In this document: piece after piece, positions 19,276 through 29,100 of the stretch
How positions within the stretch are numbered: the stretch's first letter is position 1
How the letters are laid out: the number at the start of each line of letters is the position of its first letter
Virus record (IMG/VR): IMGVR_UViG_3300032293_000766
Span: 32,001 to 96,000 of that record
Length of the DNA stretch: 64,000 bases
Origin: a virus
Reading direction: 5' to 3' (one strand)
Notes under the pieces: generated by a model
The model's input: only the letters and a program-made list of their open reading frames with translations
Told to the model about the DNA's origin: nothing
The model's database searches: none
Made by a program: the position numbers and the translations under genes

Positions 19276-20139
19276 ATGAAAGAAAAGCAGAGACAAGTTG
19301 AAGTTAAATTGGAAGATGGAACAGTTAAGAAGGTTTTAGTCAAGAAACCTAGTAATAAGTTACTATCAGACGCCCAATTGCTTGGTGCCAAAGTGTGGAC
19401 AAATTGTACACGCGATGGAATTATGACAAAGAAAGAATTAGAAGTTTTTATGCGCAATAGAAACATTTGGGATTCTGAGAAAGATCAACAGCAACAGGCT
19501 TTAGTTGATTCTATATCTAACTTAGAAAGAGAACTTGCGCTAGGTACAGATGGTAAGTTAACTAAAAAGCGCGGTAAAGAAATTGCAATTTCTATGCGTA
19601 GACTTAGATTAATGTTACGTAATCTTATATCTGAAAGATTAAGTCTTGAGCAGAATACTGCCGAAGCTTTATCTGAAAATGCTAAGTTTGATTTTCTAGT
19701 TGCTAACTGCGTTTATCTTGAAGATGGCAATACAAAAGTGTATAATTCTCTAGAAGATTATAGCGCTAAAGCAGACGATGAAGTAGCCTATGCTTCTGCT
19801 AACGCTTTGGCTCAGATGATGTACTCTATAGACAAAGAGTTCGAAGAAAAACTTCCAGAGAACAAATTTCTTAAAAAGTTTAACTTTGTTAATAGTGATT
19901 TAAGCTTAGTAGATGCAGAGAATAACCTCGTAGATATAGACGGTAAAAGAATAGACAGCGAAGGTTATTATCTCAATGAAGATGGCAATAGAGTAGATTT
20001 AGAAGGTCATGTATTAGATTCTGATGGAGCTTTAGCTTTACAAGCAGAATATGTAGATGATGAATCTGAAGAAGTTTCTACTGAAGTAAAAGAGAAAGTA
20101 AAGAAAAAGGCGTCAAAGAAAAAAGAAGCGGACAGTTAA
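19276..20139 (+). CDS. Putative tail assembly chaperone (paralog B) with C-terminal D.(D/E)G repeats
   Basis: Immediately precedes tape measure; SD aaggag; motif similarity to 17906-18946. Confidence 0.5.
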   Translation: MKEKQRQVEVKLEDGTVKKVLVKKPSNKLLSDAQLLGAKVWTNCTRDGIMTKKELEVFMRNRNIWDSEKDQQQQALVDSISNLERELALGTDGKLTKKRGKEIAISMRRLRLMLRNLISERLSLEQNTAEALSENAKFDFLVANCVYLEDGNTKVYNSLEDYSAKADDEVAYASANALAQMMYSIDKEFEEKLPENKFLKKFNFVNSDLSLVDAENNLVDIDGKRIDSEGYYLNEDGNRVDLEGHVLDSDGALALQAEYVDDESEEVSTEVKEKVKKKASKKKEADS

Positions 20140-20170
20140 TAGATAGTGCAGTCATTTCACGGAGAATAAA

Positions 20171-23100
20171 ATGTCCAGATTTGTTTTGACTGCTCAGTTA
20201 CAACTACAAGCACCAAGTAATGTTCGTCAAGTAGTAAATCAGATTCAAAGCCAATTAGCTGGCGTTAATGTTCCTATTAACATTCAGAACTCTGCTGTTG
20301 CTACTAGACAAATTAATCAAATAAAAGCTGCTACTAACGATGCCACTACTGCGGCAGAACGTATGGGTGCAGCTTTTGGTGTTTCGTTAAAAAGATTCGC
20401 TTCATTTTCTATAGCCACAAGGGCGGTAGGATTATTTACTAGCGGTCTAGCTGGAGCTATTAAAGACGCTATAGCTTTTGAAAGAGAATTAATTAAAGTT
20501 GCCCAAGTAAGTAATCAAAGTATAGCTTCATTAAAAGGTTTAACTTCTACTATAACTGAACTTGCTACGAGTTTAGGTGTAGAGTCTAAATCTTTGCTTG
20601 AAGTATCTACAATCTTAAAGCAGGCCGGTTTATCAGCTAATGATACCTCTATTGCTTTAAGAACACTAGCCAAAGCAGCATTAGCACCTAACTTTGATAG
20701 TATTACAGAAACTACTGAAGGTGCTATTGCTATTTTGGCACAGTTCGGATTGGGCGTAACGGCACTAGAAGGCCAACTATCTTCTATCGATGCCGTTGCT
20801 GGCGCATTTGCTGTTGAAGCTTCTGACTTAATTGACGTTATTAGAAGAACTGGTGGCGTGTTTAAATCATCTGGTGGAGATTTAAATGAGCTTATTGCCT
20901 TATTCACCAGCGTTAGAGCAACGACGCGCGAAAGTGCCGAAAGTATTGGTACTGGATTAAGAACAATTTTTACACGTATACAAAGACCAAAAACTATTGA
21001 GTTCTTAAAACAATTTGGTGTTGAGTTAGTTGATCTAGAGGGTAAGTTCGTTGGCCCATTTGAAGCAGTCAAGAGATTAAGTGCTGCATTAAATGGATTA
21101 GGAGAAGGAGATTTAACTTTTATACGTGTTGCTGAAGAATTGGGTGGCTTTAGACAGATCGGCAAAGTTCTCCCACTTTTACAGCAGTTTGCTATTGCCC
21201 AAAACGCTTTGAATGTAGCACAAAATGCTGGTAATGGATTGACACAAAATGCAGTAACCGCCCAACAGGCTTTAGCTATTCGCATTACTAAAGTAAAAGA
21301 AGAATTTCTTGCTTTCGTAAGAGGTGTTACAGAAAGTAAAGGTTTTCAATTATTTGTTAATACTGCACTAAATTTAGCCTCTGCTTTCATTAAGATAGGT
21401 GAAGCTTTAACACCAGTTATTCCACTTCTTACGGCGATGATGGCTATTAATATTAGTCGTGGCATAGGTAGTTTTTTAACTTCTATACCGCGCGGAGTCG
21501 CTTCTAATAGACTTAGTGGTGGTGGTAGAGTCTTAGGTTTTGAAAAGGGTGGAATGGTTCCCGGTGTTGGCAATAAAGATAGCGTACCGGCCATGTTGAC
21601 TCCCGGTGAAATTGTCATGAATCGTGCAGCTGTACAGAAATATGGTGCTGGTAATTTAGTAAAAATGAATCGCTCTGCTAGTGGTGGATATACTGTTGAA
21701 CAACTGAAAGATTCACAGAAAAAAATAATATCTAGAAGTCTTTATCCCACCTCTCCTACATCTCATTTAGAATTAAACGATAAAGTTAAAGCTAATATCG
21801 TACAAATGCCAGCTAACGAGCCACTGTCACCCGAAGAAATTGACAGTATAAGAAAAGCTTATCCAAGTTTAACTCCTGATCAAATGAAAAGAATTAAGGA
21901 TGGGAATCAGCGCAAATCTTTGATAGATATTCGCAAAAATCCACAAAGCGCTTCAAAAGAAGATATTACTTTATCTAAAGAATTTGCTAGAGCAGAACGA
22001 GTCTGGGGGCAGGCTTATGAGCAAGTATTAATAAATAGAAGCAAGGGCAAGGATAGTCAAGGTGAATTAAGCTTGGCAAACTCCGGTGATTTAAATTACC
22101 CAGTAGATGTAAAAAGAGGTAATGCTGGTTCTGAAACTTGGGGAGAAGTCAAGTTTAAAACTAGCAAAGAGCCTAAAAAAGACTTAACTGCTAAACTTCT
22201 TGCAAAAAAAATATTAGATAATCAGATAAATACATTATTTACTGAGAATAAACCAGATCCAAAAATTGACGATGTTGATTTAGGAATATTAGAATATTAT
22301 TCTGGCATATCTAAAGGAGATAGTCATAAATTACAGTTTTATAAAGGTCTAAGTTTAGGTGGTAGGGTTCAAAGATTTGAAGAAGGTGGCGTTGCTCAAC
22401 GCAGAGTTGGTATTATAGATAGTGACGTTCTTAGAGACAAGAAAAATGCAGCAAGAGTAGCTGAAGGCATGAAGCTATTAGATGCTAAATCTGAAGCTGA
22501 CTATGCTATTAAGCTGTCTAAACTAGCTGGCGAAGCAAGGCAGGCTGGCTCATTAAATAAATTTAGAGTTATGACTGGCGCTGCTGCAAATCGTAAAAGC
22601 AGTGTTGCTACTGGTCGCGGAGCTAAAGATGATGCCACATTAAGGAAAACAACTAGAAAACAAATTTTACATCCAGATGATTTAAAAGATGTTGATCAAG
22701 TCATGTCATTAACAACTACCCTAAAAGATTCTAAGTTAGACTATATGGGTATGGCTGATAGAATCTACGTCAAAGATTCTTCTACTGAAGATGAACAAAA
22801 ACTAGTTAAGTTATTTGAAAGACAACGCAATCTTCAAAAAGATCCTACTTTATACGGTAGGGAAACAGGAACTACTGAAGGTTTAAACCCAGACTATGGC
22901 TTACAAACAGCGTCACTAATATCACAATTTGGAACGACAGAAGATCGTACAAATAAAGGTAAGGTGATGACTCTTGGAGAAAAAACTGATCAATCTGGCG
23001 CTCCACGTTTTCAAGTAAGAAGAAAGCGTTTAGAAGAATTGCCAGAATTAGTTAGTGCTAAAGGTCAATTCCCCGGCGCAGCTTCCCCACTTACTAGAGG

Positions 23101-26100
23101 TCACGCTGAAACTGCTGTAGGCACACTACTTGCTAAAGTTAGGGAAAAATATCCAGACGCTACTCATAAAGATTTATTATTTGCTTTAGCTCCAGATTTA
23201 TCTTTGAGTGGTGGATCGCAAGGTAGGGAACATGGTTCAAGATATGGAGAATATCCAGCGTCATTTAGAAGAGATTTAATTAAGCTGGCTTTACCAGAGA
23301 TGATGATTTCCTCTGCCAATAGCGCATCTCAAACTGGTATTAATTCAAGAATTTCTGAAATTGAGAAGGGCGCTACTGGTCGAAGAAGATTTGCGGTAAT
23401 GGAAAAAGACGCCCCAGTTGTTATATCTAAAGCAGAAAATGAAAATCCAGAAGGCGTAATGGAAAGATATAGATCTGCTGGATTAACTCCATATAATATA
23501 GCTAGATCAGCTGATACTGAGGGGGATAGTATTAGCGGTACAGCCACAAGGCAAGCTGTAATTGATAAAGATTATGCCAAGTTAGATTTAGCCGTATTGC
23601 CACAAGTTGGTTCTGCTATTAAAGCTAATCAACCACAATTGCGCAATCGCAGGATGATGGTTCCACTAGTACAACAAGCTTTAGATATTTTTACACAGGC
23701 AAATGCTAGTAAGGTAAACGAACAGGTAGACAGTATATTGCAAAACGCTTCTGGTGGCCCGTTTACAAGGATGACTCCTAAATTTAAGGAGTCTCATCCC
23801 AATCTAGTTAAACAGATTAAACAGCTTAGAAGTAGTAGGGATATATTTGAAAGAGAAGCTTTCCTAGATCCGGCTCATGACTTAATTAGAATAATTAGTG
23901 ATAGATATCCAGATATGTATGGCTTAGATGTATCAAGAAAAGAGCCAGTAGATGTGCCTGTTACTGAAGATATGATTAAACAACATATTGTTGATGCTAG
24001 CAAGTCATCTTCTTATTTTAGACCCGGTTTATCTTTCAATGGTGATGGAATACAATTATCGCCAACATTACAAAAAGTTAAGGACGCTGTTGATAAAGAA
24101 GTAAAATCTGAAGTTGTTGCTGAACCGACAGTAGAGAAAGAAATAGTAGCCCCAAATAGTAGAAGTGACATATTTAAGATTTTATCTAGAGAAGAGGCCG
24201 CAGCTGCTTCTGGCGTGAGTGGAATTAAAGCCTATGATATTATGGGTATACGTAGACCGCTAACCCCAGACGAACAAAAGGTTAAGGATGCTATTAAGGC
24301 TGCATATGTTAAAAAGGTCAAGCGTCAAGGGGCATCAGCTAAAGCCCAGACAACTAAATTAAGAGAAAAGGGATTAGAATTTGGCGCTGCTGGATTATTT
24401 GGAAAAGCTTTTGCAGCTAAAAATATTAAAATTGAATCTGATAAATTGTCTAGCTCAAGAATGGTTAGAGTTAATAGTGGCGTAATGGATCAGGCTACAG
24501 CCACAAGACTTAGTACAACAATGAGCCAAGGCGTTAGTGACATTATTAGTAAAGGTACTAATATAGTTAGGGCTGGACAGTCAAAATCGCCTCCAACGCA
24601 AAATCCACTTCAAGGATTAAATACTAATACTAATGCCACTATTCAGGGTGGATTAATAGAGCAAATAATTCAACAGCTAGGTGGCCCCGGTGCCGTTAAG
24701 GGTAAAGGATTTGACTTTCCAGAAGGATTGCAGGGTGCTGCTAAGTATTTTAATATAGATCCAAGCATTCCAACAGACGTTAAGAGAACTCTATCTGGCC
24801 CCTCTACCATTAAAGATAATATAGTTACTTATCTTAAAAATGTAATGGGTTATAATAGTGGTGGATTAGTACAGAAATTTCCTATAGGTGGCAGAGTATC
24901 TAGAAAAGTACCTTATGACGAGGTTGAGGGCGATCCATTTGCTAAAGCAGCTAATAGTAACACGCTTGGATCTTCAGCTTATGATTTAGAAAAAAGTAGC
25001 GGTTTAAGTCCTACCGAGTTTGAACAAGCTTACCAATACGCTAAGACCGCTCAGTTTAACATTGAAGAATTCAAAAAAGATTTAGCTAGAAGATTAGAAG
25101 CTAAAAAACAAAGATCTCAAATCAAAACTGATTCGTCTAGTATGTTGCAACAATTAATGCAACAAACTAAGACATCTACAGATAAACAAATAGCATTAGG
25201 AAAAACATTACAGGATACTTCTAATGATATAGGGTATAGGCCATCCGAATTAGAAAGAATAGCTCAAGCAAGAGCAGATATTAGTAATGCCATTCAACCT
25301 ACAAGAAGGAGAATGGGTGGTCGCCTTGGTTTTGAAACTGGCGGTACTGTTCCAGCTTTAGTTAGTAATGGTGAAGCTTATGTTCCACCAGCTATGGCTA
25401 AAAAGATAGGTTACGGAAAACTCAATAGGATGAATCAGGCAGACCGTAATGGTATGGGGCGATTTAGCGAAGGTGGCATTAGCGTATTCAAGGGGCCGGG
25501 AAGTGGTACTAGTGATAGTATTCCCACTAATTTACCAGTTGGTAGTTTTATAATACGAGAGAAGGCTACTAAAGCATTAGGATTGAATAGAGGGGGAAGT
25601 GTTGGTGGCGTTAGAAGATTTTTTAAAGGTGGTCAAAATACAAAAGATGCTAGCAGAACAAAGGGTTATACTTCTTATGCAAATATAGAAGATGCTGCAA
25701 ATGATTTTGCGGATATAATTGGTCAATTAGGTCCAAGAATCGCTCAAGATATTCAAAAAAGATTTCAAGGCATTGAAAATGTACAGGCTGGACAAACACC
25801 GAAGCTATCTAAAAAACCTATGAAAGAAGGAATGCGCGGTGCAGCTGTCATTAATTCTCAAGGGCAGACATCAATGGCTTTACAAATACAAGGAGCGAAT
25901 GCTGCTGCTAACAGTAACACACTTGCTCATGAAACTGGTCACTTAGCAGACTTCTCACTCGGTGGAGGTAAAGAACTAGCAAGTAAAACAGAAGGTACTT
26001 TTCAATTTGACTTGGTTGAAAAAGTTAAGCCTATTATGATAAAAGCTTTTGAAGCAGCGGGTGAATCAGCACAAAGAATTGCAGAATATTGCGCTTCAAA

Positions 26101-29100
26101 TGAAGAGTTATTTGCAGAATTTTTTGCTAAAGCTAGTCCAGAAGTTAGGGCTATTATAACATCAACAACGGATTCCAAAAAAGGAATGGAGCAATTAGCT
26201 AATATCTTAGGGAAAACTGGATACACATACGCAGGATTAGAAGCTTCTGATATATCAAAGCCGCGACCTCAAACAAAAGCGGCATCTATGGGTATGTCTA
26301 CTGCTGACGTAATAAATCAAGCAAAAGTTCTGTCTATTCCTTCTTCTTTCAATATAGGTGGGTTAACTGGGCCAACCAGTGTACCAACTGGGTCAACCAG
26401 TGTGCCATCAGCTGGACCGTTACCAGAAGAAGATTGTGTTAAGTTATGTGATCCAGTACTAGATAAATTAAATAGTACTCTTAGTGAGTTACTAAAGGCT
26501 ATACAAGCTTTATCTTCATCTAGCACTCCATTTACGCCTAGCGCATCAGTATCGCCACAACAATCGCAGCCACCAGACCCACAAATGAGTAAAGCAGAAG
26601 CTACAACATTAGCGAGTACACCTAAAAGTGATATGTTTAAAAAGTCTACAGAAGAGTTAAGTACAGCACAAAAGGTCTTACAAGCAGACTTTGCCGCACA
26701 AAGAGACGCTCTTAGAGCAACTGCTACTAGTGCGTCAGAATACAAAAAGAAATTAGAAGAAATTGATAAAGAAGAAAAAAATAGATTAAAAAATATCAAT
26801 AAAGAATTAAAGACTAGAGAAGAAGCCCCAGCTAAAACTGCTGAACGTAAAGCCGAACGTAAAGCTGAACGTGAAGCTGATAACAATTTAAGTAAGGTTA
26901 CAGGAGCAATTAGTAGCGGTCAAGGCTATCAATTAAAAAATGAAGAACTTGTTTCAGCAAATAAAACAGTACAAGATCGTGCTAGTAAAGCTAGAGATGA
27001 AGCTAGACAAACTTCAACTAGTCAAAAAGATTATGATCAACGTGTCAAGACTATTAATGAAAATGAAGACAGTCAACTTAAAGGAATAAATAGAGAAGCA
27101 AAAAATCGTGGCATTAATTTAAGTGGTGGCGAAAAATCTGACAAGGGCATGTTTACTTTCAGTCAAGCTCTTACTGGCGCTAGTGCTGCTTTAAATGGTT
27201 TAATACAAACTGCTGGCGGTACTGATGATGCCTTTGGTCGTATTGCAAGTTCTGTACTATCTTCAGTTACTGCTATTAGTAGTTCGCTTTCTGTATTAGA
27301 ACAATTATCTGGTATTGAAATAAAAGGTTTTGGAGACATAGCTAAAATACCACAAGAATTAGGTAAATCTTTTGCTAATATTGGAGCTACTTTAGATGCT
27401 AAAATATCAGAATTTTCTGGTGGAAGAATATCTAGTTCTTCTGTTGGACTTGAAAAACTCTTTTCTTCCTTGGGTGCTGTTGCCGGTGTCGTTGGCATAA
27501 CTGCCGCTGCGTTTTCCGCAGCTGCTGGCGTGTTGTATTCTACTAGCACAACAGTTGCTGAATATGACAAGGCAATGGCAGATGGGAATATAGCATTAGT
27601 TGGTACTTTATCAGCTAAAAAAACAGCTGAAGAAGATATTATTAATAGTGGAGGAATATTTGCTGCTGGAATAGTTGCAGTTGCTGCGATAGTACCTATA
27701 TTTTTAGCAGCTGTAACATCAATGATACCTCCATTGGCTGGACTTTCAACTAGTTTATACGCTCTTGCTGCTCCAATAGCTGCTACTGTTGCCGTTGTTG
27801 TTGCTGCTGGTGCAATATTTTTATATGCTACTGGTAATTTGGAAAATTTTGCAAATGGAGTTAGAAATATTGCGTCAAGTTTAACCGGTGGTTGGATACA
27901 GAGTACTTCAACAATTCAACAGTTTGCTCAAGCCACTGCTGCTACTTCTCATACAATGAAATTGATGCAAGATCAAGCTAAACAAACTACACAATCTCTT
28001 AAAGACTTATCAGAAGGTAGAAAGAGCGCAAAAGAAGTATTGAATCAATTTTCTGGACAGGCAAAATCTGCTGCCAATGCTCAATTCTTAGCAGAAGCTT
28101 TACCGGAAGATACAGCTAAAGAGAAAAAAGCCAAAGATAAGGCAATTGATGAAGCTAATAAGAATAAAGATAAAGTTTTGTCAGACGCCGCACCAGCTAT
28201 TAATTCTCAAGCTAGAAATATAGCTATCGCTGGCGGAAATTTCGCTGACTTTTTTGCTAGCTTACCAAAAGAATTACAAGCAATTTATAATCAAAATCCA
28301 GAAGAATTAAAATTACTTAAAGAAGCTTTTGGTAATACTGCTAAAGAAGTTGAAGTTGCTAGAAAACAATTTGAAGCAATGAATCTTGGTTTTAGAAATG
28401 TAACTTCTGTAACTGGCGCTGCTGTAAATTCTGTTACAAATTTTACTGCTGGGTTACAAGCTGGGAATTTGGCTGTTGCTCAATCTGCTAATACATTGGC
28501 AGCTTCTCTTACGTCTGCTGGAGCAAATATTAGTACAAATGATTTTAATAATGCTTTGAGTGATGTTACAGGAACTATGGCCTCTCTTGGCGCTAGTGAT
28601 CAACAAATTTCAAAATTTAAAGAAAATCTTACAGCTTTGGCGCAAGTTCAGAGAAATGCTAGTGGAATTTTTGATCAAGTAAAAGATCAAATTAAAGCTG
28701 GTGGATTCCAAGGTATGAGTCCAGAAGCCGCTGGAGAAAGCTTCCGTAAATTAGTTGATGATCAATTAAAAGCTTCTGGAATTGGTGAAGAAGCTCGTAA
28801 AAGAATTGGTGACGCTTTAGGCGATATTGAACTTGGCGATAAAGAGAGGCAACAAATTGCTGCCGGTGATTACAGTTTCTTAACTAAGAAACTAGAAGAG
28901 GCTGGTGTTGGTATGACCGCAGAGGTAAATCAGATGGTATCTGATTTGCAAAAGGTAAATTCTGAATTAAATACTTTATACAAACAAAGAATTGACTCTG
29001 AACGAGCTTTAGTCGAAGCTCAACGTCAAGCTATTTCATTAACCTTAGAAGGTCTTGATATACAAGCCAAATACGGTGGCAATGCCGTCACTCCAGAAAT

